Shown: positions 48,220 through 58,763, counted from the stretch's first letter. The stretch: 64,000 bases of DNA from an uncultured Gemmatimonadaceae bacterium (GCA_963716745.1 OY970320.1:1632001-1696000), one strand, 5' to 3'. Notes: generated by a model from the sequence alone, not told the origin. Translations and numbers: made by a program.

Positions 48220-50745
48220 TCAGCGCCGTCCGCGCCGGCCGCCGCCCTTGCGGCCATGCTTCCCGCCGCGGTCATGCTTCTTCACCCGCTCGCGCCGCTC
48301 CTCGCGCCGCGACGGCCGCGCCGATTCGCGCGCGATCTCGTGATCGGTCCACGGTCGCTCGAGCACCTCCTGCAATTCTTCCAGCGTATTCCCGCGCGCC
48401 GCGCCACGCTGTCCGCGCGTCACGATGAATCGCAACGGTCGGTCGAGCTTGGGCAGCTCCGACTCGTGCAGCGTGCGCGCCACCTTCTCCGGCAACCGCA
48501 AACGCGCCACCGCGAGAGGCGGGCCGCCCGCCGGCTCCTCCACATCGTACTCGATGTCCACGTCGCGGTCGCGCACCGCCACCTCGCTCGGCAGCGCCAT
48601 CCAGCGCGCGCGATCGCTCGCGTCCACGCGGCCACTGAGATCGAGCGCGAGGTCGGCCGCACGGAATTCGTCCAGCGAGTTCACGCCCGTGAGCCGCGAC
48701 TCATAGAGCGCCGCGAGGTCCGCCATGCTGAGCCGCGGCGTCGTGCCGCCGCTCCGCCGCCAGAGTTCGCGCGCCTCGTCGATGGCGTCGTGGTTCCGCT
48801 TCACCGCGACATGCCGCGCCTCCTCGCGCGCCAGCGACTCCGCGAGCGCGTGCCGCGCCGCCGCCGCGTACTCGGGCGGGAATACATCGATCGACTCCTG
48901 CTCGCGCCCCAGTTCGAAGCCGAAATAATCCAGACGCCGCCGCACCAGCAGCGGATCCCGCTTGCGGTGCCAGTCGAGCACGAGCTCGGCGTCGCCCTGC
49001 GTCGCGTACTTCTTCACGAGATCGAATGCGACCTGCGTGCCCTCGATCGCCGCGCGCGGGACGCCCGAGCGGTCGGCGAAATAGCGGAGCGTCCCCGCGA
49101 TCGCGCCCCACGTGCCGCACACGCTCGTCTTCGACACGCGCACATCGCCGCCGTCCGCGGTGTGCTCGTCGATCACCAGGTCGAGCGGCATGAAGCGCGC
49201 CAGCAGGTCCGCGAACTTCCGGAGCACCGCGTCGTCGGCGTAGCGCATCTCGCGCGGCAGCGGCATCTCGAGCGCGCGGTACACGCTCGCCATCCCCAGC
49301 GCCGCGTCCTCCACGCTCTTCACGAGCGCGCCGCGCGCCTCCGCCCATTCCACTACCTCGTCATGGAACAGGTGCCTCGGCAGCTCGAACACTTTCCCGA
49401 CGTACCCGTGCGCGCGGTACGCATCCACGTATAGGTTGTACGACGTGAGATGATCGCTGCCCGGCACGATGAGCCCTTCGAGATCGCGCTCCTCGCGCGT
49501 CATGCGATGCAGGCTCTCGATGCTCGCCATCACCGCGAGGAAGGGAACGAGCTCCTCTTCTGCGTGCACGAGAAGTTCGGCCCACGCGCGCTCCACCGGC
49601 AGCGCCTCCACCGCTTTGCCATAGCGCGATAGCCGGCCGTTCTCGATGATGCCGCGCGATTCCAGCAGCGCCATCGCGCGGCGGTATGCGCCCTTGTCGA
49701 GCGGCACGGGCAGGTCCAGTTCGTCGGCGCGCACGCCGAGTGCCGCGCTGGTGAGCGCCACGCGCTCGGAATCGCCCGCAAGCTGGAACTCCGGCGCCAC
49801 CGGCCGCAGAGAATTGAAATCGATCTGACGGTCGCTCAGCATGAACACGCGTCCGCCCTCCACGCGCCCGTGCACGCGGCCGGCCATCTGCAGGATCTCG
49901 TTCGCGCCCAGGTGCGTGCGCGTGAGCACGTTCTTGCCCCGCTCGATCACGTTGGAGAAGCGCGTGTCATCGATCACCACCGTGTCGAGCCCTGACACGT
50001 TCAGCGCGCTCTGCCCCGCCGCCGTCATCGCGAGCAGGTACGGCTTGTGCACTTCGCCCTCGAGGAAGGGGCGGATCACGCGCACCGGCTCGCCGCCATG
50101 GTAGAACGCCGTCGTGATCTTCGGCGCTCGGCGCGACACGAGTTCGGCCACCTCCTCGACGCCGGCCCGCGTCGGCAGGAACACGCCAACGCCGCGCCGC
50201 TCTCGCGTCATCTGGCCGAGCCACTTCTCGTCCATGAAATCGAGCGGGCGGCGGTCCACCACCGTCACGCGCGCCGCGCGCGAGGGATCGAACGCCGTGG
50301 TCTCGAGCACCGCGGCGCTCTCGAGGTACCGCGCGTAGAACGACGGGTCCACCGTCGCGGAGAGCCAGATGAACCGGCAGCCGACGCGCTTGCCGAGCGC
50401 GAGGCACAATTCCAGTTCCGCGCTCGTCTGATGGATCTCATCCACGAGCAGCGTGTCGCGCAGCAGGATATCGCCGTCCTGGAACCAGCGCCGCGCGATG
50501 CCGGTGGTGACGATCACCACGTTCCACGTGGGCGTATCGGGCGTCGCCTCGCGCTCGCGATTGACGACGCCGACCCTCAGTTCCTTCGTGCCGAGGATCG
50601 TCTCCGCGATCGGGCGGATCGCGAGCGTCTTGCCGGTGCCCGTGCCGGCGACGATGCCGAATCCGCTCCCCGCGCCAGCCAGCGTGCGGATCTCGGCGCC
50701 ATGTTCGCGCTCGAGCAGCGTGTCGATATGCAGATGCATCGCCAT
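48220..50745 (-). CDS. DEAH/RHA-type SF2 helicase (HrpA/HrpB-like)
   Basis: AGTGTGKT, DEIH, LSAT, FLPT, QMAGRVHGR; basic C-terminal tail. Confidence 0.85.
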   Translation of the reverse strand: MAMHLHIDTLLEREHGAEIRTLAGAGSGFGIVAGTGTGKTLAIRPIAETILGTKELRVGVVNREREATPDTPTWNVVIVTTGIARRWFQDGDILLRDTLLVDEIHQTSAELELCLALGKRVGCRFIWLSATVDPSFYARYLESAAVLETTAFDPSRAARVTVVDRRPLDFMDEKWLGQMTRERRGVGVFLPTRAGVEEVAELVSRRAPKITTAFYHGGEPVRVIRPFLEGEVHKPYLLAMTAAGQSALNVSGLDTVVIDDTRFSNVIERGKNVLTRTHLGANEILQMAGRVHGRVEGGRVFMLSDRQIDFNSLRPVAPEFQLAGDSERVALTSAALGVRADELDLPVPLDKGAYRRAMALLESRGIIENGRLSRYGKAVEALPVERAWAELLVHAEEELVPFLAVMASIESLHRMTREERDLEGLIVPGSDHLTSYNLYVDAYRAHGYVGKVFELPRHLFHDEVVEWAEARGALVKSVEDAALGMASVYRALEMPLPREMRYADDAVLRKFADLLARFMPLDLVIDEHTADGGDVRVSKTSVCGTWGAIAGTLRYFADRSGVPRAAIEGTQVAFDLVKKYATQGDAELVLDWHRKRDPLLVRRRLDYFGFELGREQESIDVFPPEYAAAARHALAESLAREEARHVAVKRNHDAIDEARELWRRSGGTTPRLSMADLAALYESRLTGVNSLDEFRAADLALDLSGRVDASDRARWMALPSEVAVRDRDVDIEYDVEEPAGGPPLAVARLRLPEKVARTLHESELPKLDRPLRFIVTRGQRGAARGNTLEELQEVLERPWTDHEIARESARPSRREERRERVKKHDRGGKHGRKGGGRRGRR

Positions 50746-50879
50746 CTCGATCGTTTCGCACGCCGCGCGCGTAGGCGCGATGACGATGACGCGTCCGGTC
50801 GCAGGCCTCGCCGCGACGAACGCGTCATGATCGAGTGGTAGATACGGGTCTCGGACCCGCCGCTGCTGCTGCTCGACGC

Positions 50880-51446
50880 TCAGTGGCCGCGCGGCGGTTT
50901 CGTGTGTACGGGCGTCGCCGTCGACTTGGCCGGACCGGAGGTCGCGCCGCCATGTCCCGCGGGCTGGCGCACCACGGTGGGAGGCGCCGCCGGATGCGCC
51001 GCCGGCTTCGGCGATGTGTGCACGATGAACGCCGGCGGCGGAGCGTTCCCGCCGAATGTCGCGGCGGCCGCCGGACTCGTAGCCGCCATCGTCGGATGGG
51101 GATCAGTCCGGATGTCGGGCGCCGCCGTCTCGTGCACCGAGAGCGGCGTGGTGGAGGCCGGCATCGACGACGATGCGTTCGCCGGAGGATTGCCCTGGCC
51201 CGGCGTCGCGACGCTCGCCGATGGCTGGTCGCCGAACACGACATGCGCATTCGCGGGACGGCGGCGTACCGCGGTCGCGCAGTCCGTCGGCGCCGGCTGG
51301 CGGTCCGCCGGCACACCGTCGATCCAGATGCGGCACATGCCCGCGGGCGGCTTGAAGCCCACCGGAACGCCCGATGACCCCGCCGCGCTTTGGGCGCCGG
51401 CAGGGCTCGCGATCAACAGGGAAAGGATCAGCCATCGACCAGACAT
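50880..51446 (-). CDS. Hypothetical secreted Pro/Ala-rich protein
   Basis: Signal peptide; PPAGMCRIWIDGVPADRQPAPTDC small disulfide domain plus low-complexity tail. Confidence 0.7.
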   Translation of the reverse strand: MSGRWLILSLLIASPAGAQSAAGSSGVPVGFKPPAGMCRIWIDGVPADRQPAPTDCATAVRRRPANAHVVFGDQPSASVATPGQGNPPANASSSMPASTTPLSVHETAAPDIRTDPHPTMAATSPAAAATFGGNAPPPAFIVHTSPKPAAHPAAPPTVVRQPAGHGGATSGPAKSTATPVHTKPPRGH

Positions 51447-51529
51447 CGCAACTCCTCATTCGCCCGAGGTTCCGGGCACGCTCAAGCATACCCCGCGGAC
51501 TCGAAAAAGCGCCATACCTGGCGCCGACG

Positions 51530-51778
51530 TTACTTGCCGCCCTTCGCGCCCTGGCCGCCGGCCGCGATCCGGCTCAGGATCTCACCTGGGTCGGCGTGCC
51601 GGCCCAACTTGGACTTCTCGAAGATGGGCCGCCCGTCCATCGACACCTCGAATCGCCCGCCGCGCGAAGGGACCAGCTCCACCTCCGCCGCCGGGTACTT
51701 CGCTTTGATCTCCGCCGCCAGACCGGTGGCGCGAGGTTCGTAGTTTCAAACGGTGCAGTATTCGATCGAGATCTTCAC
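51530..51778 (-). CDS. SelW/SelT/SelH (Rdx family) selenoprotein, CxxU, in-frame UGA at 51748-51746
   Basis: MKISIEYCTV-U-NYEPRATGLAAEIKAKYPAAEVELVPSRGGRFEVSMDGRPIFEKSKLGRHADPGEILSRI...; Rdx IEYCxxU and GGxFEV motifs; absent from the ORF track. Confidence 0.92.
51710..51745 (-). promoter_or_regulatory. Candidate bacterial SECIS hairpin just 3' of the UGA
   Basis: mRNA UGA-AACUACGAACCU-CGCGCCA-CCGGUC-UGGCG-GCG can form a stem-loop with a G-containing apical loop. Confidence 0.6.
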
Positions 51779-51891
51779 GTCGCCCTGATCCGTTCAAGAA
51801 AGTGAGTTGGAAGGATGCGCCGAGCGTGCTTTGGATGCTACTCCGCGCCCACACGGCTCCCATGATACCCGTCGCGCAGCCAGGAGGGCTC

Positions 51892-52317
51892 ATGCGTGCC
51901 GGCCATACGCTTCCGGAATTGCTCGTCGTACTCACCATCACGGGGACGCTTACCGCCGTCGCCGCGCCACGCGTGCAACTCGCGCGCGACCAAGCCATCG
52001 TCCGCGACGGCGCCACCGAGATCGTGGCCACGCTCCGTGCGGCGCGTTCCGCCGCCCAGCGCCGTGACGCGCGCGCCGTGGTCGCCTTCGATACTGCGGC
52101 TGCCGCCGCCCGGCTCACGGTGGAGCACGACACTGTGCTCGTGCACCAATTCGGCGCCGAGCTCGGCGTCACCCTCGAAGCATCGCGCGACAGCGTGATC
52201 TACGGTCCGAGCGGCCGCGGCTATGGCGCCGCGAATACCACGTTGATAGTCCGTCGCGGAGCGGCGGCCGATACGGTGACGGTCTCGAGATTGGGGAGGG
52301 TACGACGAGCACATTGA
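51892..52317 (+). CDS. Prepilin-type GspH/FimT-like pseudopilin
   Basis: AG|HTLPELLVVL type III signal; L..AR..A; RLGRVR C-terminus; AGGAGG RBS. Confidence 0.85.
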   Translation: MRAGHTLPELLVVLTITGTLTAVAAPRVQLARDQAIVRDGATEIVATLRAARSAAQRRDARAVVAFDTAAAAARLTVEHDTVLVHQFGAELGVTLEASRDSVIYGPSGRGYGAANTTLIVRRGAAADTVTVSRLGRVRRAH

Positions 52318-52321
52318 AACT

Positions 52322-52375
52322 GCGGGCTGTCGGCTGTTGGCTGTCGCCTGCAACAGCCGACAGCCGACAGTCCGC
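52322..52375. terminator. GGCTGTC heptamer hairpin between convergent genes (bidirectional terminator-like)
   Basis: gcgggctgtcggctgttggctgt / acagccgacagccgacagtccgc. Confidence 0.75.
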
Positions 52376-52383
52376 CGCTAGAT

Positions 52384-53532
52384 TCACGTCCCGAAATCGT
52401 ACCCCGGCACCGAGATCCGCGGGATCGGAGTCCCCAGCACCCTTTCGATCAATCGAACGGTGCCGATCTCGTCGGGGGACATGAGTGTGTACGCATCACC
52501 CGTTGCAGCCGCACGGCCGGTGCGGCCGATGCGATGCACGTAGTCCTCGGGTTGCGCGGGCACGTCGTAGTTGATCACGTGAGAGATGCCCGCGATGTCG
52601 AGGCCGCGCTGCGCGATGTCGGTGGCGACGAGCACCTTGGTCTTCCCGCTCTTGAACGACGCGAGCGCCGAGGTGCGCTGTCCCTGCGACTTGTCGGCGT
52701 GGAAGGCGTCGGCGTCGATCCCGGCCTTCTCGAGATGGCGCACCACGCGGTCGGCACCGTGCTTGGTGCGCGTGAATACGAGCACCGAATCCATGCCATC
52801 CTTCTTGAGCAGCTCCACGAGCAGCGCCGTCTTCCGTTCCTTCGGCACCGGGTACACCGCATGGGCCACGGTGTCCACCTTCTGCGTGCGCAGTCCCATC
52901 TGCACCACGATCGGCTTGCGCAGGTACTTCCGCGCGAGCGCCTCGACTTCGGCGACCATCGTCGCGCTGAAGAGCAGCGTCTGGCGGTACTTCGGGAGCT
53001 GCGCGACGATCTTGTTGATCTGCGGCGCGAAGCCCATGTCGAGCATGCGGTCCGCTTCGTCGAGCACGAGCACCTCGAGATCGTCGAACACCACATTTTG
53101 GCGCTCGAGATGATCGATGAGCCGGCCCGGCGTCGCGACCACCACGTCCACGCCGGCACGCAGCGCGCGTTCCTGCGGACCGAGCGGCACGCCGCCGTAC
53201 ACGTCCACGACCTTCAGGCCGCTGTGCTTGGCGTACTTGGTGAAGCTCTCCTTCACCTGCGCGCAGAGCTCGCGCGTCGGGGCGAGCACCAGGCAGCGGG
53301 CGCGGCGCGGGCCGCCCATGAGCCGTTGGATGAGTGGCAGCGTGAACGCCGCCGTCTTCCCCGTGCCGGTTTGCGCGAGGCCGATCACGTCGCGCCCCTG
53401 CAGGGCGAGCGGGATCGCGTTCTGCTGGATCGGCGTCGGGCGCTCGTATCCGGCATCCGCCACCGCCTTGAGCAGCGCCGGCGCGAGGCCGAGCGATGCG
53501 AAGGTGACGGCACTTTCAGTTGTCTCAGTCAT
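52384..53532 (-). CDS. DEAD-box RNA helicase (RhlE-like)
   Basis: PTPIQ, AQTGTGKT, PTREL, TPGR, DEAD, SAT, QRGLD, HRIGRTGR. Confidence 0.96.
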   Translation of the reverse strand: MTETTESAVTFASLGLAPALLKAVADAGYERPTPIQQNAIPLALQGRDVIGLAQTGTGKTAAFTLPLIQRLMGGPRRARCLVLAPTRELCAQVKESFTKYAKHSGLKVVDVYGGVPLGPQERALRAGVDVVVATPGRLIDHLERQNVVFDDLEVLVLDEADRMLDMGFAPQINKIVAQLPKYRQTLLFSATMVAEVEALARKYLRKPIVVQMGLRTQKVDTVAHAVYPVPKERKTALLVELLKKDGMDSVLVFTRTKHGADRVVRHLEKAGIDADAFHADKSQGQRTSALASFKSGKTKVLVATDIAQRGLDIAGISHVINYDVPAQPEDYVHRIGRTGRAAATGDAYTLMSPDEIGTVRLIERVLGTPIPRISVPGYDFGT

Positions 53533-53791
53533 TTCACTCTCACGGTGCCGTGGTCGCTCGCCAAGCCGCTCACGCGGCGCTGCGCCGGCACTCGATTATT
53601 CCGCCGCGGCGCATTTGCGACGCGGCATCCGCCAAGATCCAATCGTATGAACGAGGATTCGTGCGGTCCAGCGACCTGAGGCACTCTCATATCCCCGCTC
53701 CGCGTTTGCGGGCGGCCTGCGCGAGTGCGGCGAACGCAGTCTTCAGCTCGATTCGAGCTTGGGTAATGTAACCGGTGGACGGCTTGCGGCG

Positions 53792-54685
53792 CTACGGCGC
53801 GAGGAAATCGACCATCGCGCGGTTGGTCGGATCGGGCGCTTCTTCGTTCACCACATGTCCGGCGCCCTCGATCAAGACCACCCGGGCATTCGGCATCTGC
53901 GCCGCAACACGTTCGGCGCGGTCCGCGGTGACGATCCGCTCTTCGGTGCCACCGATGATCAGCACGGGCATGGAGAATCGCGCGAGCTGCTCGGGAGCCA
54001 GCATGCGCCAGTCGAACCGGCGCAATAGCGATGACAGCGCGCGCAGGGCGTTTGGATCGCTCGTCGGCGCGTAGTACTCATCGATATCCCGATCGGTCGG
54101 CTCGGCCAGTGAGCCATAAGCGCGCCGCAGCACCGCGCGGAACGTCCATCGCGAAATGAGCGCTTCGACCACGCCGAACGACCGCAGCGGAAGCCACTGG
54201 GCGAGATGCACATGGTTCACGCGTCCCACACCCACCGCGCCGATCAGCACCAGCCGCTCCACTCGCGACGGCGCGTCGAGTGCCATCTGTGCGGCGATCT
54301 TCCCCGCCATGCTCTGCCCCACGAGGCGCACGCTCCGGAGCTCCAGCGCGTCCAATACCTCGAGCGCATGCGCGGTCATCGACGGCAGTGTGTACTCAGC
54401 GGGATCGGACGGCTTGTCGCTGAGACCCTGCCCCTTGAGGTCCACCGCGATCACACGCATCCCCGCGGCCGCCAACGCCGGAATGTTGTTCCGGTAGGCG
54501 TACACGCAGCCGCCCCAGCCGGTGAGCAGCACAACGGGAGGCCCGCTCGCGGGGCCGGACTCGACCACTCGCACACGCACGCCCGACGTGGTCTTGATGT
54601 AGCGCGCCGCTACGCCGCCGATTCCGGCGGGGTACATCTCGGATGAACTGAGCCGAGCATCGTTCATGGGGCGGTATCGACGCAC
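53792..54685 (-). CDS. Alpha/beta hydrolase (start uncertain)
   Basis: DLKGQGLSDKP, GQSMAG, AGHV..EE.P. Confidence 0.88.
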   Translation of the reverse strand: MRRYRPMNDARLSSSEMYPAGIGGVAARYIKTTSGVRVRVVESGPASGPPVVLLTGWGGCVYAYRNNIPALAAAGMRVIAVDLKGQGLSDKPSDPAEYTLPSMTAHALEVLDALELRSVRLVGQSMAGKIAAQMALDAPSRVERLVLIGAVGVGRVNHVHLAQWLPLRSFGVVEALISRWTFRAVLRRAYGSLAEPTDRDIDEYYAPTSDPNALRALSSLLRRFDWRMLAPEQLARFSMPVLIIGGTEERIVTADRAERVAAQMPNARVVLIEGAGHVVNEEAPDPTNRAMVDFLAP

Positions 54686-54713
54686 GACTCACGACTCACG
54701 CCGTACAGGCAGT

Positions 54714-55835
54714 TCACCCTACGTCGATCCCTCTCCCCGCGTACCGCCCGATGAGCCCCAGCCGGAAGGTGACGTTCGCCAGACGGTCCTCGGCGGTCGC
54801 GTGCGGCTCGAGCGGGAAGCTCGGCCACACGAACGGATTGTTCGACCGCATGAGCGCCGCGCGCTTGGGCGGCTCCCACACGCCGCGGCTGTCGCAGTCG
54901 TCGAGGAATCGCTCGAAGAGCTTCGTCCAGTTCTCGTTCCGGCGAAGGAAGCCGAGTCGCGAGAGTGTTTCGAGCCACCAAAGCGCGGCCGGAGTGTCCG
55001 CGTCGGCGGCGTTGCGGTGCGGGAGCGGGTCGCCCATCACGAGATGGGGCATCTCCAGCACCTTGCGGCCGACGCGCATCGCCGCGGTGGCGCGCGGCAC
55101 CGGCTGCATCAGATAGTTGTATAAGCGGTCGAGCGTACCATAGTGCTCGCTCCGGAAGAGCGGCATGTGCGCGAGCATCGTGAGCATGTGCACCGACGGC
55201 GGCGCGGCCTCGGGCACGAGCACATGCTGGTTGCCCACGCGCGCGAACGGCTTCGCGGCGTGCGGGCTGCGCAAGAAGATGTCGAGGCGCTCGATCAGGC
55301 GGCGCGCCGCGCCGCGAAGCCGCGGGTCGCTCTCGTAGCCCGCCTGTGCGAGCACGCCGGCCGCGGCCTCGCGCAGGATGCCACGCCCCACGCGAGTCGC
55401 GTCAGGGTCGACTTTTCCCTTTGGCGCCAACTCGTACAGGAATGCCGGATCTTCATCTTCGGCGAGCAACCGGAACAGCGCGCGACGCGCGAGCAGGAGC
55501 GGCGGGGAGTCCTTGTCCCACCCATATTCGATCAGCCGGCGCACGGCGATGATCGTGCCGATGCCATCGTGCGGCTCGGACCGTGCGGCGGGCACCGACA
55601 GCATCTCGCCATTCCACGTGCCATCGGGACGTTGCGTGAGCGCGAGGCGGATTGCGGGCGGATACGAGTATGGCAGGATCGAGAGACGCTGCGGCTCCGT
55701 CAACGATCCTCGCGCAACCTCTGTAATGGCGCGATACTGTATCGGTACTGAAGCATTCTCAAGAAGCCAGCTCAGCGGGAACTTCACGCTCGCGGGCTCG
55801 ACTACCTCGGGCCTGACAGGCAGAGGCGGGGACAT
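54714..55835 (-). CDS. Conserved hypothetical protein, possible alpha/alpha-barrel (prenyltransferase-like) fold
   Basis: WLLE.A..PI.YR, Q.PDGTW, D..GVW QW-like motifs. Confidence 0.6.
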   Translation of the reverse strand: MSPPLPVRPEVVEPASVKFPLSWLLENASVPIQYRAITEVARGSLTEPQRLSILPYSYPPAIRLALTQRPDGTWNGEMLSVPAARSEPHDGIGTIIAVRRLIEYGWDKDSPPLLLARRALFRLLAEDEDPAFLYELAPKGKVDPDATRVGRGILREAAAGVLAQAGYESDPRLRGAARRLIERLDIFLRSPHAAKPFARVGNQHVLVPEAAPPSVHMLTMLAHMPLFRSEHYGTLDRLYNYLMQPVPRATAAMRVGRKVLEMPHLVMGDPLPHRNAADADTPAALWWLETLSRLGFLRRNENWTKLFERFLDDCDSRGVWEPPKRAALMRSNNPFVWPSFPLEPHATAEDRLANVTFRLGLIGRYAGRGIDVG

Positions 55836-56057
55836 CGGCAGGGTCAAGGAACCCTCTGTTTTGCGATTAAGTCGTTGTCCTGCAACACGATAAGTCAATC
55901 ATCGTGACAATTCCATCGTTGCGGGGAAGGATAGCACGTTTTGGCACAAACGCTAGTGCCTCTTAACGTTGGGACGGGTGCTCCGTCTCACTGAACAGCA
56001 TTCATCGGTTTTGGTGCATGGGACGTACAGCAGCACGGGCATTAACGGAGAGAGGAC

Positions 56058-56576
56058 ATGAAGCGCATCGTTTCGATGGTGATCACCGCCGCGATCGCCG
56101 CGGCTGGCGCGACGCCGCTCGCGGCACAGACCGCGGCGCCGCAGACCGCGGCTCCGCAGACTTCGGCGCCGACCACCGCGCGCTCGCATCGGCACGGCGG
56201 GCAAGGCGGGTATCAGTGGCAGCGCGTGGGCGCGAATTCCTGGTACCGCGGGCCTGGACGAGCTGGCCGCCGGCCATCGGCCATGGGCAATCGGTACGGC
56301 GCGGGCATGCGCGCCGGCCGCGCGAGCTATGGCCGTGCGAGCTACGGCCGCGCCGGTTACGGTCGTGCCGGCTACAATCGCGCGAGCTATCGCCGCATGA
56401 ACTACAACGCGATGCGCTCTGGCCGCATGAATCGCGGCTACGCGCGCCCGCGCGGCGGCCGGATGAACTATCGCGGCATGAACTACGGCCGGCGCGGTAT
56501 GAATTACGGCCGCACGGGCCGCGGCGGAATGCCGCCCCGCGCGCGCGGAAATCGAAACTATCGCGGCGTGATCTAA
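56058..56576 (+). CDS. Secreted low-complexity Arg/Gly/Tyr/Asn-rich repeat protein
   Basis: GAGAGG RBS, signal peptide MKRIVSMVITAAIAAAGATPLAAQ, TAAPQ repeats then GRASY/GRAGY/RMNY/GMNY repeats. Confidence 0.75.
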   Translation: MKRIVSMVITAAIAAAGATPLAAQTAAPQTAAPQTSAPTTARSHRHGGQGGYQWQRVGANSWYRGPGRAGRRPSAMGNRYGAGMRAGRASYGRASYGRAGYGRAGYNRASYRRMNYNAMRSGRMNRGYARPRGGRMNYRGMNYGRRGMNYGRTGRGGMPPRARGNRNYRGVI

Positions 56577-56608
56577 CGCCCACGTAGTTCGCCCGAGCGC
56601 CAAACGCC

Positions 56609-56643
56609 GAGAGCCGAGACCCGCAGTTGGGGTCTCGGCTCTC
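56609..56643 (+). terminator. 14-bp stem hairpin after the RG-rich gene
   Basis: gagagccgagaccc-gcagttg-gggtctcggctctc. Confidence 0.65.
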
Positions 56644-56702
56644 TCCGCTTGTGCCCCCCAAAGTCCGGGCCCATCTTCCGAGAATCACCCCCGGACGAGA
56701 GC

Positions 56703-58763
56703 ATGATCAAGAGTCTCCTCACCCGTCCCGTCTCGAAAGTACCCGACCGGATGCGATTCGACGGCCGCGTGCTCTTCCTCACGTCCGACCCGTCGCTGAT
56801 GAAGCGGCAACTCGAGGGTGAGGATCTCGCCTACACGTTGTCCGACCACACGCCGGTAGTCCTCCGCGACAACATCTCGACCGACGAGATCACGCCGGCC
56901 TACATCTGCTACTACTTCGACGAGACGCTGGGTGAATTCCCGTACCTCGGCCTCAAGTGCGGCGAGGAGTTCCCCGTCACGCGCGGCTCCGTGAAGAAAG
57001 GCGGATTCGTCGCGAGCGTCTCGGGCAAGCGCCGCGGGAAGGGATCGTCGCGCGAGCAGTCGCCGTACGCCGAGATGATGGCGGGGATCAAGCTGGTGAT
57101 CGCCGAGAACATCGAGCGCATCTACCGCGAGAACTGCCAGAATCTGGGCGTCTTCGCGAGCACCGATTTCGGGCTGATCGAGCGCGTGCGCCGCGGCGAG
57201 GAGATCCCGCTCACCGAGTTCACGAAGGGCGAGGGCGGGATCACGCGCGGGATCATCGAGTACGGCGGGCTGTTCAACTACAATGTTGCGCGGCTGCAGG
57301 GAAAAGTGGCCGTGCCCGAGATCACGACGAAGCCGCGGCCGATGACGATCGCGGAGAAGATCTTCGCGAAGCATTGGGTGCGCGACGCGGCCTCGGGCAA
57401 GACTGGCGTTCCCGCCGTGCGGCCCGGCGACGAGGGGTTCGTGCAAACCGACATCCGCTTCAGCCACGAGTACGTGACGCCCATGTCGGCGATCTTCTTC
57501 GAGGAGCTGGTCGGCAAGGATGAGCCGGTCAACGACCCGTCGTCCGTGTTCTTCTTCCGCGACCATCTCACCTTCCTCGACCAGGTGATGCGGCCGGAGC
57601 ACGTCGAGATGGGGCTGCTCGACGTCGCGAACCAGCTCGAGAAGAAGCAGCGCGAGTTCGCCGCGGCCAAAGGGATCAAGCTCTACGGCCAGCTCGACAA
57701 GCGGCTGAACCTCATGGGCGCGCTCAACTCGGCCGGCTCCGAGGCGATCTGCCACTAGCAAGATCCTCGAGGCGCACGCGCTGCCCGGGCAGATCATCAT
57801 CGGCAGCGACTCGCACACGCCGCACGCGGGCGCGGTGGGCTGCATCGCCTTCGGCGTGGGCACCACGGCGATCTTCAATTCTTGGATCACGAGAGACGTG
57901 CGCGTCGAGGTGCCGAAGTCGTTCAAGGTGCTGGTGCGCGGCAAGAAGCCCGCGAACGTCACGGCGAAGGATTTCATGCTCGAGATCCTGCGCCACCCGT
58001 ACATCAAGAACGGCGAGGCGATCGGCCAGATCGTGGAGTACGCGGGCGAGGCGGTGCAGGCGCTCTCGGTGGACGAGCGCGCGACGATGACCAACATGGC
58101 GGCCGAGGTGGGCGCGTTCACGGGGATCATCGCGCCGGACGAGAAGACCGTGGAGTATCTGGTGGCGCAGCGCGGGATGACGGCCGCGGCCGCGCGCGCG
58201 CTGTGCGACGGGCTCTTCTCGGACGCCGGCGCGGAGTACGTGAAGGTGATCGAGATCGATGCGGGGCAGTTGCGGCCGATGATCGCGCTGCCCGGGCGAC
58301 CCCGGCAACGGCATGTACGTCGACGAGCTCGAGGGCGACGTGAAGGTGGACATCGCCTACGCGGGGTCGTGCACCGCCGGCAAGAAAGAGGACATGGACA
58401 TGTACGCACGCGTGTTCCGCGAGGCGCTGGAGCGCGGAGAGCGTGTGCACCCGGACGTGCAGTGCTTCATCCAGTGCGGCTCGCAGGAAGTGTTCGCGTA
58501 CTGCGCGAGACGCGGCTACGACAAGATCGTTCGCCGACGTGGGCGCGACGTTCATCGAGCCGAGCTGCGGCGCGTGCATCAACGCCGGCCCCGGCGTGTC
58601 GCGCACGAAGACCGAGGTCACGATCTCCGCGATCAACCGGAATTTCCCCGGACGCTCGGGCCCCGGTCAGTTGTATCTGGCCTCGCCGTACACCGTGGCG
58701 GCATCCGCGATCGCGGGGAAGATCGTGGAGTGGGAAGGCGAGCGTCAGCTGGCAAGGACTTGA
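56703..58763 (+). CDS. Aconitase-family dehydratase, fused swivel (LeuD-like) N-terminal + [4Fe-4S] (LeuC-like) C-terminal; +1 frameshifts at ~57756, ~58295 and ~58529
   Basis: DNISTDEITP, GKGSSRE, ERIY.EN, G GLF, MTIAEKI, ICH, GSDSHT, TAKD, TNMAAE, GSCT, CGAC, NRNFPGRSG, LASP. Confidence 0.88.

Noticed and set aside
51746..51748. Nonsense mutation making an Rdx pseudogene
   Set aside because: The TGA sits exactly at the Sec position of CxxU, followed by a hairpin; selenocysteine is the better explanation.
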